From: Octopus vulgaris
Lineage: Eukaryota
Reading direction: 5' to 3'
Assembly: GCA_951406725.2 (NCBI GenBank)
Contig: OX597839.1
Coordinates: 32,798,001 to 32,862,000, forward strand
DNA length: 64,000 nucleotides
The translations under genes and the position numbers were made by a program. Numbering within the stretch: position 1 is the first letter of the stretch; each line of letters begins with the position of its first letter. The notes under the pieces are model-generated. The model searched no databases and was not told where the DNA came from. It saw only the letters and a list, made by a program, of their open reading frames with translations. Below, piece by piece: positions 13,418-25,919 of the stretch.

Positions 13418-13835
13418 GTGTGTGTGCATCTGTATTCTTTTATTTGTTTCAGTCATTTGACTGTGGTCATGCTGGAGCACCGCCTTTAGTCGATCAAATC
13501 AACCCCGGGACTTATTCTTTTGTAAGCCTAGCACTCATTCTATCAGTTTCTTTTGCTGAACCTCTAAGTTACGGGTACATAAACACGACATCAGTTGTCA
13601 AGTGATGGTGGGGGGACAAACACTGATACACAAACATATACACATATATATACATGCATGATAGGCTTCTTTCAGTTTCCATCTACCAAATCCACTTACA
13701 AGGCTTTGGTTAGCCCGAGGCTGTAGTAGAAGACACTTGCCCAAGGTGCCACGCAGTGGGACTGAACCCAAAACCATGTGGTTGGGAAGCAAGCTTCTTA
13801 CCACACAGCCACTCCTGCATCTACATATACATATT

Positions 13836-14228
13836 CTCTTTTACTTGTTTCAGTCATTTGACTGTGGCCATGCTGGAGCACCGCCTTTAGTCGAGCAAAT
13901 CGACCCCGGGACTTATTCTTTGTAAGCCCAGTACTTATTCTATCGGTCTCTTTTGCCAAACCGCTAAGTGACGGGGACGTAAACACACCAGCATCGGTTG
14001 TCAAGCAATGCTAGGGGGAAAAACACAGACACACAAACATACACACACACATATATATATACATATATACGACAGGCTTCTTTCAGTTTCCGTCTACCAA
14101 ATCCACTCACAAGGCATTGGTCGGCCCGGGGCTATAGCAGAAGACAATTGCCCAAGATGCCACGCAGTGGGACTGAACCCGGAACCATGTGGTTGGTTAG
14201 CAAGCTACTTACCACACAGCCACTGCTG
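13836..14228 (-). mobile_element. SINE family A copy
   Basis: Near-identical to the 10372-10779 copy; directly preceded by another diverged copy (~13436-13815). Confidence 0.85.
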
Positions 14229-14894
14229 CCATCATTATTTAACATCTGCCTTCCATGCTGGCATGGGTGGAGTGGTTTGACAGAAGCCTGCACCAAGCTT
14301 CTGTGTCTGTTTTTGCAGGGTTTTTACAGATGGATGCCCTTCCTATAATGCCAACCACCTAGCAGAGTGGATTAATGAGTGCTTTTTACAAAACACGAGC
14401 ACAGTCAGAATCAGTTTTGGCGAGGTTTTTACAGCTGGATACCTTTCCAAACGCCAACCACTTTACAGTGTGGGCTGCGTGCTTTTTAAGTGGCACCTGC
14501 CCTGGGAGGGCCACCAGGTAACTTGCAAGACAAAAATCTTTTTAGAGGGGAGGGGAACATTGGAGGAAGTGATCTTGTGTCGGATGATGAAAGGTTAGAG
14601 TGTGACAGAGAGACGGAAGCAGGTGTCTTGCTGTAGAAGAGATACATGGTTACCTGGCTGGAGAGAGAGAGACAGAGACAGATCAAGAATGAGGACAGCA
14701 ACAGGTGTGCTGCCGCAAAGGAGATACGTGGTTACCCTACCTGAGGGAAGTGCAAGATAGAGATGGTGGCAAAGTGCCTGGCATACTCACAAGGAAAGGA
14801 CAGGGATCTTGTTTCATCCATTAGGTTCCAGCCATGCTGGGGTTCACAGTCCAACGACTGGATGAAGAAAACAGTTCATCACGAGTATATCTCT

Positions 14895-15280
14895 CTTTAC
14901 TCTCTCTCTTTTACCTGTTTCAGTCATTTGATTGTGGCCATGCTGGAGCACCGCCTTTAGTCGAGCAAATCAACCCCAGGACTTATTCCTTGTAAGCCCA
15001 GTACTTATTCTATCGGTCTCTTTTGCCGAACTGCTATGTTACGGGGACGCAAACACACCAGCATCGGTTGTCAAGCAATGGTGGGCAGGACAAACACATA
15101 CACACACACGTATATATGACGGGCTTCTTTCAGTTTCCGTCTACCAAATCCACTCACAAGGCTTTGGTCGGCCCGAGGCTATAGTAGAAGTCACGTGTCC
15201 ACAGTGCCACACAGTGGGACTGAACCCGGAACCATATGGTTGGTAAGCAATCTACTTACCACACAGCCACTCCTACACCT
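14895..15280 (-). mobile_element. SINE family A copy
   Basis: Same head, core and tail motifs. Confidence 0.8.
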
Positions 15281-15334
15281 ATTATATCATCCAACATTAT
15301 TTACATTTGACGAATATTTGTCCTCATCTTGTTT

Positions 15335-15385
15335 GTTGTTAACGTTTCGGCTGATATACCCTCCAGCCTTCATCAGGTGTCTTGG
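15335..15385 (-). ncRNA. Degenerate minimal hammerhead ribozyme motif (Penelope-like repeat)
   Basis: Minus strand: GACAC-CTGATGA-AGGCTG gagggtatat CAGCC-GAAAC-GTT; stem I 3' strand appears deleted; related copy at ~19155-19198. Confidence 0.5.
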
Positions 15386-16087
15386 GGAAATTTTTCCCCC
15401 CACTCTTAGCTAATATCTTCTGTCAGGCATGAAGTGTACTTCAGCAGTTTGCTTTCTGACCACATGGATCCAGGTTCAATCTCACTGTATGTCTCCTTGG
15501 GCAAGTGTCTTCTATTATAGCCCCAGGCTGACAAAATCCTTGTGAGTGGATTTACTAGATGTGTGTGTGTGTGTGTATAAATAGAGAGAGAGGGGGAGAG
15601 GGGATTAAATAGAATCAAGGCACATCAACAAGTAGGATGCCAGAAATGGCTAGGTACAATAAGATAGGGTTCACAGTGAGCTAAAACAACCATGAAGGTA
15701 TCAAGTATCAATAGGAAACTAGATGTGTATGTACTAAATCCAATTTAAACTGTAGCTCCAACTCGGGGCTGGTTCTGGGTGCGGCAAACCCCTGTGTATA
15801 TATCTGTAGCCTCCCTAACTCCTGCACCCGCCTCTCAATCTTTTTTCCCCTCATCCACCCTTGCAATCCTCACTCTCACTAATGTGCTCCCTATCTCCAT
15901 GGAGATATTCCTAATTCATTCTCTCTCTTGCTCGTAAATGGGAGTAGCCATGTAGTCCCTTTACAACAAGAACCTGCTCCTCTCCAGCGTCTTCCTTCAT
16001 GCGCTAACCCCTATCCAGCATAGACAGGCAACATCTCTCCCCCTGCCCCCCAGAGACTGTTGACAGTGAGTTACTTGGTTTCCTCAA

Positions 16088-16805
16088 TCATCATCATTGT
16101 TCGACTGTGGTCGAGACAATGGAATTTACCATGCTACGCCAGACTTCACGGCCCATCATGGCATTACGGAGGTCCTGTTGCTGGATGCCTGTATCCCTGG
16201 AGATTACATCAGGGTAGGAGAGTGTGCGCCCTCTGGTATCACGAGCGGATGGTTTCCAAAGGAGAAGAGTAGAAATTGCCTCGTTTTCAGCGCTACAACA
16301 ATGTCCAGCAAACTGGACTCTTCTATGTGTCTGGACTTTTAACGTGTCTATGTGTGTATGTGTATATATATGTATGTATATATATCATCATTCATTGTTC
16401 GACTGTGGTCAAGACAATGGAATTTACCATGCTACGCCAGACTTCACGGTCCATCATGGCATTACGGAGGTCCTGTTGCTGGATGCCTGTATCCCTGGAG
16501 ATTACATCAGGGTAGGAGAGTGTGCGCCCTCTGGTATTGCGAGTAGATGGCTTCCGGAGGAGAAGAGTAGAAATTACCTCTTTTTCAGCTCTATAACAAT
16601 GTCCAGCAAACTGGACTCTCCTACCTTTCACAAGAGATGACACAGGTGGTAGTTTCCTATATATTTGCATTTTGGTTGGATGGCGCTTCCACGAGAGATT
16701 TTGAGCTCTCATAAGGAGGCGAGTGTAGGTTCCATCCAACCGCCTCTCAAGCTTCTTTGATAACGTCCAAGTTTCTGAGCCATATAGTAGAATTGGTTCA
16801 ACTGT
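16088..16805 (-). mobile_element. RTE-clade LINE 3' fragments, two tandem copies (16088-16325 and 16385-16805)
   Basis: 'VEPILLYGSETWTLSKKLERRLDGTYTRLLMRAQNLSWKRHPT...VQFAGHCYR'; same family as 8757-9112; (GAT)n tails. Confidence 0.88.
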
Positions 16806-17481
16806 TACCTCAATAGTGTCAGTGGCACAAAAATTAAAAGAAAAAGGCATCCGGTGCTTATTGTGAAGTGGTTGGCATTAGGAAGAGATTCCAGCCTTAG
16901 GAAACATGCCAAAGCTGTCACTGGACTACAATGCAATCCTTAACCCCGTTGGATCTTCGCGAAAATGCCCAACCCACACCAGAACGGAACATAGAGAGAG
17001 GGGAATCAAATTTTAGAACATTGGCTTGAATCAGAATCAAGCGATCGTAGTCACAGACCACAAGCCAGAACTTGTACTTGGCTGCTCATTTAATGTCCAT
17101 GTTCAATACTGGGCCAAGGACTGCCACTGCGCTTCTGTGTCAGCTTTGATATGGTCCTTACAGCTGGAGGCCCTTCCTAATGCCACCAACACTATTGAAA
17201 CCCAAGTGGAATGGGGTTGGGTTAATGCTAGGAGGAGATGCAGGTTGAAGTATGAAAGAAGGGGCTGCAGTCGGGATTTTGTTCTCATTAATTGTGGGAA
17301 GTGGTTTTAAATATCAGTTTATCTTTTGCTCAAGTATGCCGTGACAATTATGATTTGCAGAAAATGCCAATTAATGACGTCATTCCAGGAGTGGCCATGG
17401 AAGGAAATTACATTGTTTCAACTCCTTAGCATTCAGATTACTCTCAAAACGTAACACTTGTGTGTTCCCATTGTTTTGAAT

Positions 17482-18500
17482 TATCATCATCATCATCGTT
17501 TAGCGTCCGCTTTCCATGCTAGCATGGGTTGGACGGTGCAACTGGGGTCTGGGAAGCCAGAAGGCTGCACCAGGCTCCAGTCTGATCTGGCAGTGTTTCT
17601 ACAGCCGGATGCCCTTCCTAACGCCAACCACTCCATGAGTGTAGTGGGTGCTTTTTACGTGCCACCTGCACAGGTGCCAGACGAAGCTGGCAAACGGCCA
17701 CGGTCGGATGGTGCTTTTTACGTGCCACCGGCACAGAGGCCAGGTGTGGATGGCAAACGGTCACGGTCGGATGGTGCTTTTTACGTGCCAGGCAAGGTTG
17801 GCAAACGGCCACGGTCGGATGGTGCTTTTTACATGCCACCGGCACAGAGGCCAGGTGAGGCTGGCAAACAGCCACGGTCAGATGGTGCTTTTTACGTGCC
17901 ACCGGCACAGGTGCCAGGCGAGGCTGGCAAACGGTCACGGTCAGATGGTGCTTTTTACGTGCCACCGGCACAGAGGCCAGGTGAGGCTGGCAAACGGCCA
18001 CGGTCGGATGGTGCTTTTTACGTGCCACCGGCACAGAGGCCAGGTGAGGCTGGCAAACGGTCACGGTCAGATGGTGCTTTTTACGTGCCACCGGCACAGA
18101 GGCCAGGCGAGGCTGGCAAACGGCCACGGTCGGATGGTGCTTTTTACGTGCCACCGGCACAGAGGCCAGGTGAGGCTGGCAAACAGCCACGATCGGATGG
18201 TGCTTTTTACGTGCCACCGGCACAGAGGCCAGGTGAGGCTGGCAAACGGCCACGGTCGGATGGTGCTTTTTACGTGCCACCGGCACAGGTGCCAGGCGAG
18301 GCTGGCAAACGGTCACGGTCAGATGGTGCTTTTTACGTGCCACCGGCACAGAGGCCAGGTGAGGCTGGCAAACAGCCACGATCGGATGGTGCTTTTTACG
18401 TGCCACCGGCACGGAAGCCAGTCGGGGCGGCGCTGGCAACAGCCACGTTCGGCCGGTTCTCTTATGTGCCACCAGCACTGGTATCACAGCTGCAATTTCC
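17482..18500 (-). mobile_element. (GAT)n-tailed SINE-like element with a 63-bp internal tandem array (~12 copies, ~17646-18420)
   Basis: Body GGATGCCCTTCCTAACGCCAACCACTCC shared with many copies (9225, 18770, 21300, 21970, 25245, 26140, 61500); unit GTGCCACCGGCACAGAGGCCAGGTGAGGCTGGCAAACGGCCACGGTCGGATGGTGCTTTTTAC. Confidence 0.8.
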
Positions 18501-18706
18501 ATTGATGTTGATCGATTTTGATTTTGGTTTAAATATAAATGTATGACCCTTTAGCATTCAGTTTACTCCTTTGTCAAAACTAATCCTTATTTATTCCCAT
18601 TGGTCTCTTTTGCTGAACCGCTAAGTTACGGGGACACAAACACACTAGCATCGGCTGTCAAGTGATGGTGGGCAGGACAAACACAGACACACAAACATAT
18701 ACACAC

Positions 18707-18755
<49 letters not shown>

Positions 18756-19369
18756 AGCCTTGACTGGCTTCCGTGTCGGTGGCACGTAAAAAGCACCATC
18801 CGAATCGTGGCCGTTGTCAGCCTCGCCTGGCACCTGTGCAGGTGGCACATAAAAAGCACCATCCGACCGTGGCCGTTTGCCAGCCTCGCCTGGCACCTGT
18901 GCAGGTGGCACGTAAAAAGTACCCACTACACTCACGGAGTGGTTGGCATTAGGAAGGGCATCCAGCTGTAGAAACACTGCCAGATCTGGTGCAGCCTCCT
19001 GGCTTCCCAGATCCCGGTTGAACCATCAAACCCATGCTAGCATGGTGAACGGACGTTAAACGATGATGATGATGATTATCTCGTAGCTTTGAGGTTTTGA
19101 TGATGCACGTTATTTACAATGGATGGATAGGTGTCCTCACCTTGTTTGTGGTCACCACAATGTTTCGGCTGGTGTACTCTCCAGCCTTCATCAGGTATCG
19201 AATTTCAAACCCAACCTTTTATTTGACTAATGGGGTACATCGTTCTCATTCATAGGGTATTTTTTTTTTGTTGATATTGTTATCATTATTTATCCAATTC
19301 ACTGCCTGGGATTGAACCCAGAATCTTGGGGTTAGAAGTTAGTTCATCCCCTAGACAATTACTGATACT

Positions 19370-19620
19370 CTAAGGTGAGGGCCACAATGGAGTGTTGCTG
19401 TTCTACTCACATTCTAAGCTGCATCAGGAGGAAGACCAGTAAATTGATTGAGACAAAGTCACAGACGTGTTCCAGCCTGTGTCTCCTCTCTTCACTATGT
19501 CCACCACTACGACAATGGTCTCTGCTCTTTTGCAGCTGGCTGTGCTCATGGTCATATCACTACTACTCAGGCATTCCTGACAGTGTTTCATTTCTCACCC
19601 ACCTTTGCCTCCTTCAATGT
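19370..19620 (+). mobile_element. Degraded CR1/L2/Crack-like LINE RT C-terminal fragment
   Basis: 'VRATMECC..THI' and 'SHRRVPACVSSLHYVHHYDNGLCS' resemble the VRPxMEYCSHIW ... HRRxVxSLxxFYRYYxGxCS motifs. Confidence 0.55.
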
Positions 19621-21692
19621 TTGGCTCATAAAGGCCAGTTTCCCGGTTTCCTTGGCGTATAGGTTCCCCACCTGGACAGGCCGCCGGTCCGTCACGGGTG
19701 AGCTGCAAGATGCAGGAGGAAAGAGTGAGAAAAAGTTGTGGTGAAAGAGTCAGCAGAAGTTTCACCATTACCTTCTGCCGGAACCGCGTGGAGCTTAGGT
19801 GTTTTGATCATAAACACACACATCGCCCGGTCTGAGATTCGAATCTGCGATCCCTTGACTGTGAGTCCACTGTTCTAACCACTAGGCCATGTGCCTCCAC
19901 AGCCTCCTTCAAAACCCCACCCCACCCCGAGTTTTATTGACCATTAAATCCCAATCCTTGCTCCCCCCCTCTATGATGTCCCACTGGAATCTCTCCCTTG
20001 CTCAAGTATTTCCTTTGGGTGTTGACTTGCTACAGTTTAAGTGAAACATTAATGTCATCGACCTCACGGGTCTGGGAGTGGAGTCCTGCAAAAATCGGGG
20101 GGGTATCCCCCTGCCTTCATCCGGACCCTGCAAACAATAAAAACGAGTGGGGTGGGTGGGGTTATTAAAGCTGTTACTATCTTTTATCCCAGTCATTAGA
20201 CTGTGGCCATGCTGGGGCACTGCCTTGAAGAATTATTAGTCAAATGAATTGACCCCTGTATCTTTTTTTTTAAAGCCTGGTACTTATTCTATCAGTCTCT
20301 TTTGCTGAACCATTAAGTTACTGGGATGTAAACACACCAACACTGGTTGTGTAGCAGTGATTGGGGACAAACACATACACGCATGCGCACACACACACAC
20401 ACACGCAACAGGCTTCTTTCGGTTTCCATCTACCAAATCCACTTGCAAGGCTTTGGTCGGCCCGAGCTGTTGTAGTAGTGCCTGGCAGTGGGACTGAACC
20501 CAGAGCCTTGTGGTTGGGAAGCAACTCTGAGAGAATGCGTGATTAATTCAAAACATTGTGGATAAGTAAGGATTACATTTGACAGAGTAATTTCAATGCT
20601 AAAGGATTAAGCCATGTCCAGTCCAAATATTCTACCCGTTCTATGTTCAAACTAACCATATCTGACCTCTCACACTTACCCTACAATGTCCTTCTAACAA
20701 TAAACAATCACATCATTGATATCTCAAAGCTACGTGATAATGTAGGATAAATTTTTTTTTTTAAATCAAAATAAATATGCATAACGTTTGAGAGTGTAAT
20801 TAGAATGCTAACGGGGTTAAATTACTGATCTTGCGATCAAACCTTATTAAAGTCATTGAGTTTATATCCTTAAATTTGCTGGTCTCAAGTAGTGTGGCTG
20901 TCAAACGGGATCCATCCTTACCAAACACTGCCTGGAAAAAAAAACAGAAGAAACAAAAGAAAAATGGTAAGATGATTATGACCGGAATATTCTTGGTCCA
21001 AAGCCTGGTGGATTGGAGTTGACCCTCTGCTGACCAATCATGTGGAACCGTGTCTTATAAGATCAAAGAATGAAGTCTACAGTTTTTTTGTTTTTGTTTT
21101 CTCTGTTTCAGTCAGTGTGGCCATGCTGGGACATCTCCTTCATGAATTCTTTTCAGTGGACCAAATCACTACTTATTTTTGCTAAGCCTGGTACTTCTTT
21201 CTTTCGCCAACCCACTAAGCAATGGGGATGTAAACACACCAACACCGGTTATCAGGCAGTGGTAGAGAGCAAAGACACACACACACATACATTTCATCAT
21301 CATCATCATCATTGTCGTCGTTTAACATCCACTTTCCATGCTGGCATGGGTTGGACAGTTTGACTGAGGACTGGCAAGCCAAATGGCTGCACCAGGCTCC
21401 AATCTAATCTAGCAGAATTTCTACTGCTGGATGCCCTTCTTAATGCCAACCAACCACTCTGAGAGTGTAGTGGGTGCTTTTTACGTACCACTGACACGAG
21501 GACCAGTCTGGTGGTACTGGCATCGACCATGCTTAAATAGCACTTTTTACATGCCACCGGTATGGGACCCAGTCAGCCAGCACTGGCACACACACACATA
21601 TATATATATTTATATATATATATATATTGGTAAAAACGGTAAGATAACAAAAGAAAGAAAGAGACCTCAATATTATGTAAATAGAGGAAATT

Positions 21693-21922
21693 TATCTATA
21701 AAATAATATGTTACAATTACTCAATAGTCAAGATAAAACTCTGAGTTTCAGATGCCGAAGTGGAAATCCACAACACCATCTCTTCGGTTATCTGGCCATC
21801 ATAGCGTTTTTTCAGATGGCCAGATAACCGAAGAGATGGTGTTGTGGATTTCCACTTCGGCATCTGAAACTCAGAGTTTTATCTTGACTATTGAGTAATT
21901 GTAACATATTATTTTATAGATA
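21693..21922. repeat. Perfect inverted repeat, 108-bp arms, 14-nt spacer
   Basis: 21693-21800 is the reverse complement of 21815-21922. Confidence 0.92.
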
Positions 21923-22278
21923 TATATATATATATATTTTTAAAGGGCTAAGAAACCACTATGTTCTAGGTGGCACGTAAAAAGCACCATCCGTCCGTGG
22001 CCGTTTGCCAGCTCCGTCTGGCACCTGTGCTGGTGGCATGTAAAAAGCACCCACTACACTCACGGAGTGGTTGGCGTTAGGAAGGGCATCCAGCCATAGA
22101 AACATTGTCAGATCAGACTGGGCCTGGTGCAGCCTTCTGGCTTCCCAGACCCCGGTCGAACTGTCCAACCCATGCTAGCATGGAAAGCGGATGCTAAACG
22201 ACGATGATGATGATGATATACACATATATATATATACATACATACATGATAGTCTTCTCTCACAAGGCTTTCAGTAAA

Positions 22279-22503
22279 TATATAAAATAGACAGAAATAA
22301 TGGGTTATATACATTATTTGTATATTATAGGCTTACAGCTGTTTCAGGTGTGCATTTGGGTGTGTTCATTGTTCGATTTTATTGATCATCTGAAAATCTA
22401 GGAAGCAAGTGATAAAACTGAAACATGAATGCACCTAAATGTGTATCTGAAACAGCTGTAAGCCTATAATAAACAACCCGTTATTTCTGCCTGTTTTATG
22501 TAT
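22279..22503. repeat. Imperfect long inverted repeat (~95-bp arms)
   Basis: ATTATAGGCTTACAGCTGTTTCAG pairs with CTGAAACAGCTGTAAGCCTATAAT, plus flanking complementary blocks. Confidence 0.85.
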
Positions 22504-22804
22504 CACACACTGTAAAAAAAACCTACCATCTTATCTGGGTTCTGCAATCATGGATTTACAAGTTTGGTTTGTGATGGACATTTATTTTGGATTACCTGGG
22601 GTACAGTACCAATCGTACAGCTTTTCTGTCAGCCTCGTGTATTTCAATCTGCGGAGAGCTTAAGAAGCCTCTTGCCTGGATTAATATCCCTTATTGACCC
22701 CTCTTTGTTTTGAGGTACAGTAATCCCTCGACTCTTGCGGGTGTTATGTTCCACACACGACCATCATGATAGGTGAAAATTAGCAAAGTAGACACAGTAC
22801 TGTA

Positions 22805-23213
22805 CTCTCTACTCTTTTTTACTCTTTTACTTGTTTCAGTCATTTGACTGCGGCCATGCTGGAGCACCGCCTTTAGTCGAGCAAATTGACCCCGGGACTT
22901 ATTCTTGTAAGCCCAGTACTTATTCTATCGGTCTCTTTTGCCGAAGCGCTAAGTGACGGGGACGTATACACACCAGCATCGGTTGTCAAGCAATGCTAGG
23001 GGGACAAACACATACATATATATATATATACATATATATACATATATACGACAGGCTTCTTTCAGTTTCCGTCTACCAAATCCACTCACAAGGCATTGGT
23101 CGGCCCGGGGCTATAGCAGAAGACACTTGCCCAAGATGCCATGCAGTGGGACTGAACCCAGAACCATGTGGTTGGTTAGCAAGCTACTTACCACACAGCC
23201 ACTCCTGTGCCTA
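22805..23213 (-). mobile_element. SINE family A copy inserted in a pogo/Tigger-like MITE relic (left TIR CAGTAATCCCTCG at ~22718)
   Basis: SINE motifs; TACTGTA on both flanks is a possible TSD. Confidence 0.8.
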
Positions 23214-23453
23214 TACTGTATATTTTTTATTATTATTTTTATAATTTGGATATATTTTATTATATATGCAAAACTACACCACGGAGGAATCGATGCAAGC
23301 TTAAATAATATACTGCAATATGACAAGGAATTTATGTATGTATATATATATATAACATTTAAATAATGAGGGTGATAAACTGAATATTAATTTAATTAAT
23401 ATCAATTTAAAACCAGTAGCCTAGCATACAAAAATCAGAGAAAATTCTAATAC

Positions 23454-23590
23454 ATGTGTATATTTAAAGGGCTAAAAAACCACTATGTGGTCAGCCATAT
23501 GCTAGAAGTAGATCACCTACGATGAAACTACAAAGAAAAGAATGTTCTCTGGAACATAGTGGTTTTTTAGCCCTTTAAATATATATACAT
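23454..23590. repeat. Inverted repeat, ~35-bp arms
   Basis: TATATTTAAAGGGCTAAAAAACCACTATGT / ACATAGTGGTTTTTTAGCCCTTTAAATATA; one arm also at ~21938. Confidence 0.75.
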
Positions 23591-23862
23591 ATATATATAA
23601 CAATATAATAAATAAATAAAATATATGCATATATACATACATATATGTACATACTTACATCTACATGTATATATACATGCATATATATATATATATATAT
23701 ATATATAACACCACAAATATACGTAGAACACAACGAGAAACGAAAACATAAAATCAAACAAGGAAACGGACTTTTTTTAACAACGAAAAAACAGAGTACA
23801 GGACAAACAATACAAGGAAAAATCCCCTTCATCAGCTGCCCCTGGTTCGACTCAATCTTGTT

Positions 23863-23897
<35 letters not shown>

Positions 23898-24059
23898 ACA
23901 CTTAGTAGCGCTGAAATGATTCAAATTTGGATTCCAATGTCTTCACAGGAGATCAATTCCATGGGGTAAAGAATGGCTGTAAAAGGATCAGATTGAGCCC
24001 TACTACTGAGACTCAATCTCATCTGTTGACTATATCTGTATATATGTGTGTGTATATTC

Positions 24060-24455
24060 TCTCTTTTTCTCTTTTACTTGTTTCAGTCATTTGCCTGCGG
24101 CCATGCTGGAGCACCGCCTTTAATCGAGCAACTCGACCCCGGGACTTATTCTTTTTGTAAGCCCAGTACTTATTCTATCGGTCTCTTTTGCCGAACTGCT
24201 AAGTAACGGGGACATAAACACACCAGCATCAGTTGTCAAGCAATGCTAGGGGGACAAACACACACACGCATATATATATATATATATATACATATATACG
24301 ACGGGCTTCTTTCAGTTTCCGTCTACCAAATCCACTCACAAGGCTTTGGTCGGCCCGAGGCTATAGTAGAAGACACTTGCCCAAGGTGCCACGCAATGGG
24401 ACTGAACTCGGAACCATGTGGTTGGTAAACAAGCTACTTACCACACAGCCACTCC
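24060..24455 (-). mobile_element. SINE family A copy
   Basis: Same motifs as 10372-10779. Confidence 0.85.
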
Positions 24456-25700
24456 ATATATATATGTATATATATTGTTAATGTTATAAAAATTTAGAAA
24501 GTTCTGAGAGAATGTGAAATGATTCTTTTTTTGGAATAGCGGATCTCGAAGCACAGATGATAAAGCTATAAACCATAAGTAAATATGCGATTGAGAAACC
24601 CTTTTGGATAGGAGAATTGGATTTGAAGGCGGCAAGCTGGCAGAAACGTTAGCATGCCGGGCAAAATGCTTAGCGGTATTTCATCTGCCGCTACGTTCTG
24701 AGTTCGAATTCCGCCGAGGTCGACTTTGCCTTTCGTCCTTTCGAGGTCAGTAAATTGAGTACCAGTTATGCACTGGGGTCGATATAATCGACTTAATCCA
24801 TTTGTCTGTCCTTGTTTGTCCACTCTGTGAAACAATATATATCGTTAAAAAGACTAGTCCAAACTTTTTTTTTCAGAAATCTAAGAATTAATGACCAGTT
24901 ACTAATTATTGAATTCTTTAAACGAGTCAAATATTTGATCGAACCTGTTTTGATCCTTTCCGAATTTTTCGGGGTTTCACCTGTTTTTTTCTGTGTTTGT
25001 ATGGTTGGGGTGTAGGAGCAGTTGTATTTTGTTTTTTTTCTTTCAGCTCAAAGACCCTTGCGATTAACCAACCACTTGGCTGTGAAACGGAAAAAAATGA
25101 AGCTTGTTTTATGTAAGTCAAGGGACAAAACTGGGAGCAAACAGTATTGAGTCTTGGCAAAACAGACATAACAGTGGTTCTTGGGGGTTTTTTCGTGCTT
25201 CCCTGGAGATTGAATTAAAGATTAACGGTGCTCTTTACATGGAATCATCATCATCATCATTTAACGTCTGTTTTCCGTGTTAGCACGGGTTGGACGGTTC
25301 GACCGGGGTCTGGGAAGCCAGAAGGCTGCACCAGGCTCCAGTCTGATCTGGCAGTGTTTCTACAGCTGGATGCCCTTCCTAACGCCAACCACTCCGCGAG
25401 TGTAGTGGGTGCTTTTTACGTGCCACCTGCACAGGTGCCAGGGGGGTCTGGCATCGGCCACGATCGGTTGGTGCTTTTAACGTGCCACCAGCACGGAAGC
25501 CAGGGCATCGGCCTAATGTTAAACAAAAAAAGTTTCAACTTTTTTGGCACTGACCAACTTGAAACTACTACGCCATTGATGTAAATTATTGGTTTTAAAA
25601 GGATCTCCATCTAAGACCTTCCATCAAAATGGTTAATTTTATGTTCCAAACACCAACTTCATAATCACAGTTATTTGACTAAAATCTTTATTTTCTACTT

Positions 25701-25919
25701 AACCTGACAGTAGGGGATTACACCACCGCTGTTTAGCCCTAGGAAGCATCGATGGCTTCGACACATTTATTTTTCCTCGTGTCCTTATATATTTACGAAG
25801 GGGAGACAAATACTGCCAGCAGGAAAAAAAAATGTGTCGAAACCATCAGGAAGCGTCGATGCTTCCTAGGGCTGGGGCTTCCTGGAAACAGCGGTGGTGT
25901 AATCCCCTACTGTCACGTT
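25701..25919. mobile_element. Foldback/MITE-like element with ~75-bp interrupted inverted arms
   Basis: TGACAGTAGGGGATTACACCACCGCTGTTT ... AAACAGCGGTGGTGTAATCCCCTACTGTCA; inner AGCCCTAGGAAGCATCGA / TCGATGCTTCCTAGGGCT. Confidence 0.7.

Noticed and set aside
17458-18546. 362-aa repeat protein ORF
   Set aside because: Lies entirely within a SINE-like element and its tandem array; open in multiple frames
23820-23868. Permuted hammerhead (GAAAC...GTC...CTGATGA on the minus strand)
   Set aside because: Could not form stem I, so not supportable
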